The notes below the pieces were generated by a model, which was not told the DNA's origin, ran no database searches, and saw only the letters and a program-made list of their open reading frames with translations. A stretch of DNA of 64,000 bases from Azolla caroliniana (Eukaryota > Plantae > Polypodiophyta), in the NCBI GenBank assembly GCA_043228905.1, contig JBHGNT010000001.1, positions 1,364,001 to 1,428,000 of the forward strand. The letters are read 5' to 3'. The translations under genes were made by a program, and so were the position numbers. How positions within the stretch are numbered: position 1 is the stretch's first letter; every line of letters starts with the position of its first letter. Below are positions 44,101 to 57,100 of this stretch, one piece after another.

Positions 44101-45649
44101 CTGATAGTTTCATTATTTATAAAAGTTATGTGTCCATGTTTTTTTAATTGTACAGAATAATGGCATACCCTAATGAATTCCATAGGCCAATGTAATATTG
44201 ACTCGAAAGCCCTTGATAACAACTTGGAGGCAAGTGAAGGCAATAGTAAATGTTTTTTCGTAGCTGCATGGAAATCACTAGAGCTGAAAAAACTTAGTAT
44301 AACCTGCATGAAACTGTTCCACTAATCAGAAGACAGACAAAAATACAGCAAACTATTACCACATTCTGTAAGCGTAGCAGTAGCATTCAACATTAACAAA
44401 CCATGAGACTATACTTCGAATTAATAATTCCATATAATCATAAGATATATGTTGTCACCTTGCAAGTCTTTCGTAGCGCGAATAGCTCTGGAAACTTCTT
44501 GGAAACATATATACAAGCTAGATAATGGTATCTGTTGCAATTAAAGGGACTTCTAGCAAGATCTTCACAAACTCCAGATAGGATATCATCAATCATTTTC
44601 AAGTCTCGATGTTCATATGCATTCCAAACAGCACAAAGAATATCTAGATCCGCTATAAACAGCATATCAAGCATATGAGAAAAATAAGTTAATCGACAGT
44701 GAAACCAAGAGACAGAAATAAACCACTATTCATCACCATGATCACAAACAGAAATATGCATTGAGACCGAGCATAATGCTATTATCGAGACAGTAAGCAA
44801 TTGGAAATGACATAGTATAACATGAGAAAATAAGAGTTGGTCATCCTCAAAATATCTCACCTTCTTTAAATCCAAGTTCCTCTGCCTGATTTGCTACTTG
44901 TTAAGGAAAGAAATTTGCAAAGATAAAGAAAATATTATCTGAAAAGAAGCACTAAATGAAGCATTCTTGTGGAATTGCATGTTAGATACGCATGCCAGGA
45001 AGAAGGAAAAACATGCATCTTGCTTTCGTCCAAAAAACAATTTGCAGGAAAAGAAAACATGGATTTTTAAGAGGTGAAAAATAAAATCGACGAAATAAAA
45101 CTAGCCTTTTTTATGGAAAAACAAAAGCAATATCACAAAATAAAGAAGGCAAACAGAAATTAACGAAAGAAAATGAGAATTTTGAGAGATGAAAACGAGA
45201 ATTACACAAAATAAAGAAGCCAAACTGCATTCTATGAAGAAAAACAACCATCTTGTTTGATGGGAACCCGTGGCTCACAATTTTTATAAAGGATGGGAAA
45301 AAAATCAATTTTGTGTATGATATGAAGTGGAGAAAATGAATAAGAACGGTGAGGATACAGATTCCACCTTCCTGAAGGAGAATGATAAAGAAGCACCAAA
45401 CTGATGATGATGATCTTTTCCGTTAATATTATCAGTATATTGACTCGTCCCTTGATTTCTTATATACATTTCTGTATCATCTTCTTCTATTTCTTCTTTT
45501 GCCTCTTTCTTCTCTTCTTCTTCTTTTTCGGTCTCTTCCTCTGATTCTGCCTCTGCTTCGACTTCTTCATCGGCCATGGGAGCATCGTTCAAATCGAAAC
45601 CTTTCTTAGGCGCCATGTTCAAATCTAAATTCTCTGCAGAAGAAGACAT
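29138..45649 (-). CDS. INTS1: Integrator complex subunit 1 homolog (about 30 exons)
   Basis: Spliced peptides parallel metazoan INTS1 along its length: WPMEFIR|VYLDDAVGPRAWIEHDGCKEFVVNVVTAF (cf. WPEIFVKVYIEDSLGERIWVD...FVDNIQTAF); GYEEVRVLGSSMLESWLNSP (cf. GYKEVRLLAVQKLEMWLQNP); EDILARLIYMGIS|KDFPL (cf. EDTLMRILVIGLSRELP); LYWRSCIVVLMIAVNN (cf. LYWKAWPLLLVVAAFNP); LSQLLRKCTDPDFF; and C-terminal LADLEQASSRLPAIL. First ATG at 45649, TAG at 29140-29138. Large internal exons at about 33055-31835 and 30590-29946. Confidence 0.88.
43208..43640. repeat. Diverged tandem duplication of about 225 bp in an INTS1 intron
   Basis: TCTTATTTGAG..ACTAGCAAGAA..TACCCAAGTTC..TCATGGTGC..ACTTCCT occurs at about 43220 and 43443. 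Confidence 0.8.
44886..45358 (-). other. U12-type (minor spliceosome) GT-AG intron 1 of INTS1
   Basis: The 5' end reads GTATCCTC. The branch site TTCCTTAAC (44908-44900) lies 14 nt before the CAG. Splicing keeps frame through the 25-nt exon 44885-44861 into the exon starting at 44652. Confidence 0.8.
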
Positions 45650-46029
45650 GCTCGTATATCCTCTCCTTCTATCACTCACTCTCTCTGTCTCCCTCTCTCT
45701 CTGTGTTTATGTGAAGTGCCTGCCTACCCCTAAGTATTATCTATTTCCCCAAATGCCCCTCTCTACTGCACAACTTTTCAAGCGAAGGGAATATGATGAA
45801 ATTTCAATTAAAATAATGATTGTTTGTCTTTGATAAGGTTTAGCTGTATCGGAAGCGAAGGTTTGAATCTCCAATTTATGGTATAAGCATTGGATCTTAT
45901 TGAATGTGTATGATACATCCACGATGAACCCTTGTAAACACTATTGAAAGATCAATAAACACGTATTTGGATGGTTTATCATTTGTACTTTATTCTGACT
46001 GTATTTATGGCAACATGTGAATTGCATGC

Positions 46030-46300
46030 AAAGGGTTTTTCAGAGGTATATCTAGACACTCAAGCCAAATATAAAATGGGAAATCGATTGACGAGTCCAA
46101 TTAGAATCGATAGAATCTACTATTGTGAGTTGTATTTGAGTTTTTGAATAGTTAATGTTAAGGTTTTGCTACCCTATATGGAGGTAAAGCCATGTGTCAT
46201 GATCAATGGGGGAACCCTCAATAGTCAAACCCATTCATCTTCAAAAAGCTGACGAATAATGGTGTCCGTTGAGTCCCTTGATTATGATTTAAACCATCCC
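46030..46300 (+). mobile_element. Possible degenerate Ty3/gypsy RNase H remnant between INTS1 and the USP gene
   Basis: PYMEVKPCVM and SSKS*RIMVSVESLDYDL resemble HYLxGKPF and LSxRQxRWxExLxxFDY. Interrupted by stops. Confidence 0.3.
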
Positions 46301-47399
46301 ATTATTAATGATGTTTGCATAATGTGGCACGGTAGGAGATTTGATTGGAATCTCGCTACCATCACGATATTCTCGCATTTTGTGTGCTTGCAATACTAGA
46401 TATAACATCATGTTTTTGGGCATTACATATGCCCATTGAATCAACAATCATTGAAATAGTTGGTTTTTTTGTCGTTGTTGTCTTTGCATAAACAATCGAT
46501 GAAGGAGAAAGAAAGATTGACAAAAGAATATTCAAGGTTATAGACTTATTTTGTAAGTTACAAGGGTTGCCAAAATTACAACACATGATTGCTATTTTCT
46601 TGATCCTCCACTGAAATTGCATGGAAGCAATGGTGATGGACACATGGATAGTTTGGATTTTGTATGGTCATTAGTTGGATATGTAGACAATAGGGAGAAC
46701 AGGAATGCATGAGAGCAAAACAGAACCCAATACCTTGTATGTTGAAAGGTAAAGAACACAATTTTACTATCTAGCTAATTACGAGAAGAGAATATGTGTT
46801 TCGAATATTTGTCAGCAAGTTGTTACATCACAATGCAAGTGGAAAGCCGAATAGATAATGAAGTCACCATCAAGGTAAACTCATTGCAAAAAGAAGAAGG
46901 CTTATAGTATGCGTGCATAAAAATTGAATGTTTATAAGCAAGCAAAATTTGCATTCGTGATGCAAGGTGAAAGCCAAATAACTAAGCACTAGGGTAAGCT
47001 TAGAACAAGAAGAAGAAAAAAGTATAATACGAGTGATTAAATTAAAATAAGCAATTAATGTATCAAAATGCAAGCCAATAAACTATATAGCAGGGTAAGA
47101 TAGATACAAAGTAACATGCACCAATAGTGTGTACATATGGTATGATGCAAAGGAAAAGAAAAAAGGATGTGTGAGTGGATATTTTTTCAACTTGGTAATG
47201 TAAGAAATCATGTTTGGTAAATGGCCTTATCGAGTCTCCCCTTCATTTGTGATGGTTAATTGAGAACAAATCCTGTTGTTTCCGAGCAAATCGTCATGTC
47301 ACAAGGTTGGTTGGTTGGATTAGTCGGTCGGATTTTGGTCTCCGAGTGTGCGTTCTTGAAGATTCCAACCATTGGATGGCTTCAGAAACGGAAAATCGT

Positions 47400-48090
47400 T
47401 CGTTTTTCACATTGGGAAAGAGGGGGGGGGGGGGGGGGGTTGCTTTTTGTCAGGGCAAATCGTCCGTTTTTTTACATTGCAAGTGTGAAAAGGGAAGTCG
47501 CGAGCAGAGGAGACCGGCAGTAGCCAGTCGGCAAGAACACTACGCAAAAGGGGACGGGGGGGGCTGGCCAAAGTCGGTCGACGTGTGACCGGCCCAGCCG
47601 GTGGCCAGCGATTGCATGGGCGTTTATTGGATAATAAAGAAGTAATTAGATAATAAATAAGTAGAAAACGTGTTAATTGGGAGGGGGGGGGGGGTTAAGA
47701 GACTCTCTCTCTCTCTCTCTCTCTCTCTCCTCCCTTCTCTCTCTACATTGTTCTTTGTACACACTGAGACAGACAGACGGACAGACAGACAGCTCCCTTT
47801 GCAGAAGCGGAAGCAGACGACGACGACGACGACGACGAAGAAGAAGAAGCAATCGAATGAAAGAAGCAGCAGCAGACGAAGAACAGAAGAAGAACCTATT
47901 TCAGATTTCGCCCTCATTTGTATATCCTCCCCCCCTCTTACAACATCTCTTTATATACATAGATTATTCCTCGAAACACACGAGCAGGAATTTGGCAAAT
48001 TAGTTTCTTTTCCTCGCTTCCCACCTTATTAGGGCTCCTACACAAGATCTACAGAATCTACCCTTCGTTTCTTTCTTCTTCTGAAATCAT
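47400..48090 (+). promoter_or_regulatory. Probable promoter/5'UTR of the USP gene: GC-rich patch, G-runs, (CT)n, (GAC)n/(GAA)n
   Basis: Local GC enrichment, GGCCCA (site II) at about 47591, ACGTG at about 47581, and a CT-repeat Y-patch at 47703-47743 upstream of the ATG. Confidence 0.45.
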
Positions 48091-48142
48091 GGCTTGTGCT
48101 GGTAATGACCAGGCTGCATGAAGAAGAGACCGAGGCAAGGGC

Positions 48143-51100
48143 ATGTCTATGGATCTGTGCTGGGACAGGGGTACTGAAGTTAATACAATAAAACAGAAGC
48201 AGAAAAAGGAGCAGAAGCAGGAACAAGAAGAAGAAGCGAAACAACAAGAAAAGGAAACAGAAGAAGAGGAGGAAGAAGTACTAGAGGTTAATCTGAAGGA
48301 AGAGATAGAACCCGAAGGTGAAGGTTGGGAGAGCAACTCAAGTGAAGATACATCAGTGGGAGAATATGAAGGAGGAGGAGGTGGAGGTGAAGGAGGAGAT
48401 ATGATGATGATGATGAACATGCCGACGGAACGCGCTGATGTGGATAACATCGACGACGATGATGAACTGGCACTGGAATTCCCACTGGAGGATCTCACGG
48501 TGCTCTTAGAAGGTCTCAACAAGTGGCCATGGACTGTATACCCTATCCACCTTACCAACTGTCTCTCCTCTGCTGCCAAGCTTGCCAGTGTAAACATGGA
48601 AGATGCCAGCTCGGACACTTCTCGGCGCTTGCAAAGCTTATATAGGGAGGCAGTGCCTAGTGCGTTTGAGAAATGTCTCGACGATAAGGCTATATGGAAG
48701 TGGAATGACGAGATTCACAACAATATCTTTGATGCCCTTTGTCGACTTGTCGACTTGGTAGTGGCCAAATTGCCTCATCTCCTACAGGATGACGAGGGTT
48801 GCTTGGGTTTGGCAATGGAGGATATGCTTCCCTTGCTTAGATCTCTTGCCTTAGGGCTGGATAAGCAGAGTCAGTATCATTTGAAGCACAAGGACCAATC
48901 CCGCTCTTCTTTAGGTAACTCACTTTCTTCTTCATCGGGTTCGGCTTTAGGACTTGGGTCACCTAAGTTTGCTAGGCCTCTGGTCTCTCCCAAAAGCGGA
49001 GAAGAGGGCTCGTATTCATGGGTTTCCTATTTGCTCAACTACTTTGGAAAGACTGGTTATGGGAATGGCTATCAGCAGCTATTAAGGGTCCTTTCCACAC
49101 CTCAAAAGCTTGTCCCGGCTGTACTTGAGGCATTGCTTCTCATTGTATCAAAAGCAGCAGAGTTTCTCACCGATGATGTGGCAGAAGCATTCATTGATCC
49201 TGGTAATAGGGTCCTTAAGTACGTCGCCCATAAGCTAGAATCGGATGTAGATGCTTTGAGTGACAAAACTAGGGATGGATCCTTTGCTGCACTTTCATCC
49301 ATTCTCAAACATCTCCAGGTTATCATTGCAAGGAGCACTTCGTTGGAAAGAGCTGAGAATGTAGTGAGTGTTGTGCAAAGGGTGTTGGTTGAAAGAATGC
49401 TTAGTTTCCATTCATTTAACAAGCAACTCAGCGCGGTACGGGAGATCAATAAGCTTCTAGAGAATGCACGATTGGTTTCTTCAAGGTAGATGCACTTCTT
49501 CCTTTTTTAACCCTTGAATTTGCAAAATAAAAGTTTCTAGAGTTATTGGGTTATTTTGATTGTTGCTTTTAGCTAGGAATGGGACCATATGTTTCAATGG
49601 GTTGTTGGTTTATTCTTATTGATGCTCTTAAGCTATTTTGTTGTATAAAACAGTGACGATCCTGATGCCTTGTGCACAACAATCCAGTGGCTGGAGAGAA
49701 TGGACATATTACGTAAGGTTGTTCGCTCTCATCTACACCATAAACAGTATGTTGATCAGGCAATTATCTGTCCCTTCTTCTATCACTTCCAGAAGCATAT
49801 TTGAAATCTCCCCTCTATATACTTGCAGAACTAATTAAGCCTAAATGGGCTGCAGGTTGAGAAAATCATGAAGTTCCTTCTTCAGGAGAAGCGGCTTTCT
49901 GAGGAGCATTTGGATGCAATATGGGCAGCTATAGAGAAGCCTGATCAGTTTGAAACGGTAGAAAAGCTATACATTGAAATAATGTATAAGGAAAAGGATT
50001 ATAAGCTAACTGTAATCGCCTCTTGATTATTATGCCAGGTGAAAGCCAACATTTTTGACCTTATTGCAGATTTGGCTTGGTCTTTCTCTCCTGAACAGCT
50101 AGACAGTTTGTTTGGTCGATTTGAACGAAGCCAGGTATTATGTGTTTCTGTATTCTCTTTGGTCTTTTGGCTCATCGGCATCGCCCACAAATATTTTTCC
50201 TTTTTCCTTTGATAGGGTCACTCTCCATCTGATACTGTCAAAATTTTGGCCTTGGTGAAAAAACTCGCACGAAGTGATAACAAGGGAGTCATGGCTTCAA
50301 GGTTACATAGTTTTTTCTGAGATTTTTATTTCACTTGGGTTGATAGGATGTATCGAACTTTCTCATTTGAGCCATATGTATAGCATGTGTGACATGAAAT
50401 TGTAAACCAGAAAGAAAGGTTTGGAATGCACAATGTTAATGCAGATGAGTTGTGGATGGCGGATGGTAGATATTTACTAGATGCAGAAGTTGAGCCAGTT
50501 GAATTCATTCTTTAAAATGATATTCAATATTCAGTAGAAACTGTTCTACTTTTTATCAATTAAAAGTGTTGTGGATAGATGGCCTATTCTCTTGCAACAT
50601 TAGAATCTTCTTGGAATAGATGCAAAACTGTAATGAAGAAAACAATCCTGTCAATGCTATTTTTGGCATTCACAAACTGTCTACTTTTCCAAGACGCTTT
50701 GATGCTAAAAATGCCAAGCCATGTTTGTTTGTATGTATGTTTTGTTGATATTTTCTGACCTGTTTCAAATCGAATAGCATAATTTTTACTGATTAACTAG
50801 AAGGTTTCCTGTGCAGGTTACTGGAGCTTTTATGGAAGTTGATGCTAGCTGATGATGCGCCTGGAGAGATCATGGAGTCTGGAGCATTTACAGAGATTCT
50901 CAGTCATTATGATTCCATAAATTGTGCAAGCAAAGATGTGGGTCAGAGAAGCTTTTACAATAGCTGTAAGATGTTTTATGTGCTAGATTGGTGCCTGTTT
51001 GCCGAAACCTGATGCCTGTGGCGTATTCTGCCATTGGACGTTTACTTGCGATTCTCTATTCTTCTTGATTTGACAAAGAGTGCCTAGTATCCATCAGATG

Positions 51101-54100
51101 GACAACCTGTTTTGCGATGCTTATAAAAGGAAGTTAGAGCAGTGTATGAATCTTTGTAGGGGTTTCTCATTGACCCATAAAATTAGCAATAACCTATACT
51201 GGGTTCTGGTTTCATCCAGCCATACTTGCTTATGAAAAGCTGAGGAATGCAAGGTAAGAAGAATTAAGGTGATACATCTCCCCATGAATTGGGAGCACAG
51301 AAATCTGATGCACAGGCATAAAGCAATGAAGTTAACAAAACTGCTGTTGCACTTTTTCTGGCAGTGAAGTGATAAATCCCTTTAGTTTGAGCATATGTGT
51401 CTTGTAGACTGAATGCAAGCTGGAAGGATACCGAACGTCCAAGATTTCTATTCTTGATAACCATTATGATCATTAAGGTCATTGGACCATAATTGCAGGA
51501 AACAAAGTAAAGGGAGCAGAACTGCTCCCTAAAGCCTAAAATGCCGTTTTTCTGAATTTGGTTTCATTGTGCTCTCCGGGTTTAGTGTTTGAAGGCGTTT
51601 TTGATGGTTTTGTGGTCTCTATCTAGTATGGACTTTCTCCCATAACTGCCATTCCACACAGCCCATGTTCCTTAACCCATCACATGCTCATCATATCTAT
51701 CGTACCTTGAAGATAGACAATTACTTAATATGCTTTATATATGTGTATCTCAGGAAACTGATGGATTTGTATTTTTATACAAATACATGAACAAATAATT
51801 TAAATATTCCCCACAGTATCCTAATTTTGATGATGTGAAAACCAGTTCAATTATTTCCCATCATACCCCGCATGTTAAACAGAGTCCTTCAGCTGTCAGT
51901 TCATGCCTGTGATTCGGATCAGTTTTTAAATTCGGGGAACATTCCCCAGATTTAAGGTCTTTGTAAGCAATATAGCTGTTGCATTTTCCTGGTGGTCTGG
52001 TTCACTAGGCCCGAGCGATGTCTTACATCGATGACTGCATAATGTTTCCATCTCTTGAGGAAACCTATATGAGCTTGTAAGCATGTATATATACCAATTT
52101 CCTATCTATCAAAGCAAAGGTCATTTGCCAATCAATGATAATCTTTAGTACACAAGTAAAGAGCGTGAAAACACAGTTTCATTAGCATTATTGGCGGGGA
52201 ATGTTGTTCCGAGCTCCTTGTTAAGCCTTCAGCTGTTCACTTGCGTATGGAATGCATGCCATTTGACCTCAGCCAAGATATGTGACCTTACATAATAGTC
52301 ATTCTGATTCTAGGAACATCCAATTGGTTTTACTGTCCAGAGATTTCCAGATCTTTGGTTCCCAAGGTTGTGTACCTTTGATAAAAATGATAATATGGTG
52401 CGTGCACAACTTTTATAAATGAAGATCTGTTTAGTGAATTGATATCAGGGTCTGCTGAAAATACTACTATCAGTGATAAGAGATGGACAAAATACAATCC
52501 AGTCTTGGTGCAGGAATGCTTTTACAATCTTGGCATAGGAGGTGATTGTGAGAGAACAAACCTCTCCAAATCAAATACAGTTATCAGTTGAATTAGGGCT
52601 CTTTGATTCTCTATTTATTCATAATATTTCTTGTTCCCTATTACCTTAATTATATCTCCCTATGGCTTATATATAAGATGTGGTAGTTCTCAACATCGCT
52701 GTGATTTCAGAGATTGCAGTACATTCAGAGCAGTTACTTCCCCATTGTGCAGGCGTGCATGTAAGCTAAGATGTCATCATGTGTGCATGTACAATCATGC
52801 ATCATGAAACTGATTAATAGATGGAGACAATCTTGCTTGCCCTGGGGTCATGTGTCGTCTTATACGTAGTAACTTTCAAGGCCTCAGGGGATTGTCAAAG
52901 ACCCCTGTTATCCAGTTGATGAAGGGATACTGTGGGAGATGATAACTTTTCTTGTATGGCTTGTTAATTGTTGATTGAGGGCCTTATCCCTGGGATGCCC
53001 TTGGTGACAATGTTCGCTTGCACCACTGTTTTAAATGCAGCTAATCATAACTTTTCAATTGCAAGGTTGCATATATGCCAATTTTTTATAGAGTATAGCA
53101 CATGCTTCTCTCTATGCCTGCTGGATCAAGAGAAGATCATTTACCTGATAAGCGGCCAAAAGAAGTAAGAAAAAGAAGTAAATATGATAAAAAAGACAAA
53201 AGAATCTTGTTATTGGGACATGAGATTCTCAAGTCAGATATATTATCATTTTTTTTTCGAAAGATCTCTAGCATAGGTTGTTCCAGAATGGAAAGGTCTC
53301 CGAAGCGAGGGAACCACCTGTGAAGGCGGGAGATAATGGCCTTTATTTGTCGATGACGAGGGTGGTGAGGTAGCGGTTCATGAGGACAAGACAGTTCCAT
53401 CCACATAGTCAGAGGGGAGTATCATTCGAGCTTTTGCAAAGCCTTGAGCCATTCCCATGCATGTGGAATGTGTGCCGCTTGACCCTACATAACAGTTATT
53501 CTCGTTCTAGGAATGTGGGAGTGTTTTTATAGGCGTGCATGTGAGGTAATTATAAGAGAACAAGCCAGCATTCTTATTCTCATTCGACGAATATGGGAAT
53601 GTTTTCATATGTTTGCATGTGAAATGACACAAGAGAAGAACACTCTCTGTAAATCATAGTTTCAAATGAATTAGGGCTCTGCAACATTCTATAGATTCAT
53701 GATATTGGAATTGTCAATCAAGAAGATTTCTTGATACATATTAACTTAATCATAGTAGTACTAATATTGATGCAATATTTGTTTTGTGCCACTCAAAACC
53801 GTTCCAGTCTACTTTCTTCCACTATGCCATATCTCGTGGAACTCCTTTGTGACTATTTTTATTGCCATTGCCAATGTAGTGTAACCTTTGATAGGCATAG
53901 AGGTTAACTTTTGTGAGGTGAAAATATCCCTGTATGGATTGATTTTTGATCCCCAACGGGGTCTGATGAATATGCTGATATAAACCTTCCTTGAAAATGT
54001 AAGTGGAATAATGTAATAATATTCAATGCTTGTATATTGTAAATTTTTATGTTATATATTTCTTTCTTGGACAAACTTAATTTTTATTTCTAGGAGTTGT

Positions 54101-57100
54101 CTTTTTATAGCTGCTAGGGGCCATTAAGCGTAAGTAACACTGCTTGTGTCAACTGCAACTATGACATTGACCACTTAAAGATAGCTGTTTACCTGCTTTT
54201 TATATATTTCGCTTCCTTCTTTGCTGCATACTCCCATTCACTTGTTGGAACTACTCTGACTATGGAATACCATATTCCAGACTAAAATCTTTGAAAGGTT
54301 GAGAACCATATATGCATGCTTCCAATATGCCATGAAAATGTTATTAACATAATCAGTTTAATGGTTTAGATTTGATCCAAGTGTGAGAATCCAGTATTGT
54401 CTTCCTCCTTAGTCACATGCTAAAATAGCCGTAACTTCTATATGGCCTGTATAATGTGGGTAAATATTTGTATTATATGTTATTATTTCTGTTCTGCAGG
54501 CAAGCTACACATGCACAATTCAGGAATATCTTTCACTAAAGATTTCTGATGTTGATATTGACTAAGTTTCATTTTGGTTACAGGTCTATATATCTCGCTG
54601 TCTTGCAAACTTGAATGAAGAAAAAGTTGTGATTCCTTCATTGAGGCTACTTCGAGACTTTATTTGGCTTGACATGGAAAAACCATTCTACCAGGCATGT
54701 GTCATAACTTTCAGATACTATTTGCAGAACATCCAAATGAATAGCAGGATAGAGGTGGCCTTGCATGAAATGAGAAGTGTTGTTTTGGTTAAAGCCTTTT
54801 GAACGTCCAGTGTGAAATACCACACAAGCCACAAATTAAACTGAAATTTCAACACCTGCATAATCTTATATAAACGAAGAAGCATCTGGAAGCTAGTTTG
54901 TTCCTGAACAAGGAAGCTGATCCCCTATTCAACCCAAAGATCTGCTTGCTGTTTAGTACTTTGTTATTGATAATCAGAAGAAGAGGATGTAATAAAATAG
55001 AATTCGAACTTTAAAACCTTAAGTTATCATCCTTGTGGCCCCAAAGACTTAATTCGTATTCCTGGAAGCTGGTTTATTTCTTATGACGGAAGTTGACACC
55101 CTCTTTATTGGCCTCAAAGACCTGTACCTGGTTTGGTATAAGAGGATACAATAAAATAGAGTTCAAACTCTGAAAATATGGCTGGCAGCTTAAGCCTATT
55201 TCAATTCCTTAGACAGAGACCTCAATAGGAACGACCTATGTTGGGTTCAATCCACTGGGACCTTATAAGGCATAAGCTGGCACACACCTTCACGTACATC
55301 GAAATAAAAAACTAACCCTACCAACCACATGTCAATTCCAGGGTTAGCCACCTTTGGCTTCTCCTGTCTAGGAACCATTGGCTGTTTGCTTTGACATGCA
55401 ATGCTGTCTTGCACTACTTTAAGAGTTCTACAGGAGCAAGTGAAAATGGAAAATGAATAGATGAAAATAATTTCCTAAAAGAAAAAAAAATCACTTTCTA
55501 GTGATAATATGCATCTGTGAAGCTTCTGACATCTCTCACAAGATGTTTATAAATTGATAAATAAACTATAGGCAGTACAGGAAGCTATATGTTTTGCAAT
55601 ATCTCTGCGATAGTAATAAGTCTTTTGGGTTCTAACAAATTCCATGTGAATTTAACACTTATTTTTATATTTGGCACAGGATCATATGTCTAGGAAGATG
55701 CAACTGCAACAGCTAATAAAGGATCATGATTTATTTAACATGGTTGGTTCTCATTGATGTCTGGATTTTTATATGAACATTTGTTGGCAAAAACTAACCT
55801 AAACTTTTCTAACCCTAACCATCTTGTTTGCAGGTTGTTACCAGCCTAGAAAAGTACATGGGGAGAGCTAGGGTCAAGTTTGACGTGAAATTATCTGATA
55901 CCAGATTGTGTGGAATTGAGAGTTCTTACTTTTCTCACGAGGAAGAAGTAAAGGAGAGACTCGATTTCCTTCTTTTTGTCTTGCAGGTTGGTGTATGAAA
56001 GTTAATGATGTCTTTAAAAAGTGTATCTTTATGTGGGGCACTTCCAATAAGATCTTGAGATTATTGAAATATGGGATGTTTGGCAGTCTAGTGGTTTAAG
56101 CCTTTCATGGGACACAAGTGAAAGACTATGGAATTGCATGATCGAGTCTGCTGCATCTAGGGCAGACAGAGAAATCGGTTTCAGTTGGTTTTGTGATGCA
56201 CTTGATAAATGGTCTCTTCTGGCTTTTGACGCGCAAATAAATATCCTCACAAAGAAAATAATCAAGCTTGATCCTTCATGTTTGTCTCAGGCAGCTTGGA
56301 GGTACATCTTCAAATTCTATGTGTCCTATGAACTCAATATTTTGCTGAGCATTGAGTGTTATTGTTCGTTGTGATTTGTAGGTGTTTCTTGAGGTTATTT
56401 TTGTGGGTGAACCAAAGCAAGGAGAAACTCAAGCCTACACAACCAGAGGATGCTCCTGTCACTCATGATCTAGATCTTGTTGGATTGGAATACCTTTGGC
56501 AAATAGTTTTTTGCTCCCCAGTGGAACCAATCATTGACCAAAGTATCAATATTCTGAGGGAAATCTACACTTGTCTTTCTGATTCCCTCCAAGAAGATGT
56601 TGTTGGTATTCGGCAAAGATTTATTGACAAATGCGTGGAGTTCTTAGAGAAAACCCTTGATCTTGGAGGTTTAAAGTGGATCGAGACCTCTGATAGTAGC
56701 AGTGTTGCTAGCTGCAGCATGGTTGAAGGGTCCAGTGAAGTCATAGAGAAGCAAGAGGAGAAAGATGCAGTTAGCTCTATATCCACTGGGGAATATAGAA
56801 TGCTCGAAAACCAATCCTTAGTTGCAGATTCTGCTTGTTTGCCAGTTGGAGAAGTGCGCCAGGTTGAGAATTGTCTTAGAATTCTCAGGGTAAGTACAAA
56901 TTTCCAAAATTGCAATAATAGATTATACAAAATATTGAAATGTTTTCACAGAAGTTGTTTTGTAGACCTTTATTATCAGGTGTGAAGGAAGATGCCCTCG
57001 CTCAATCCCTCCTCATACGGCATCCTTTCAGGGCAGACCTTTTATACTGGGGGTATGTTGGATAATTTCTTCATTTGTTTTTCTGTTTGTGCTGTATGAC

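Noticed and set aside
48058-49449. Antisense ORFs (186 aa, 115 aa) over USP exon 1
   Set aside because: They are shadow ORFs of low-complexity coding sequence on the opposite strand.
51511-51530. Hairpin AGGGAGCAG-AA-CTGCTCCCT as a terminator or ncRNA
   Set aside because: It is only a 9-bp stem, inside a decayed LINE remnant, with no RNA gene features.
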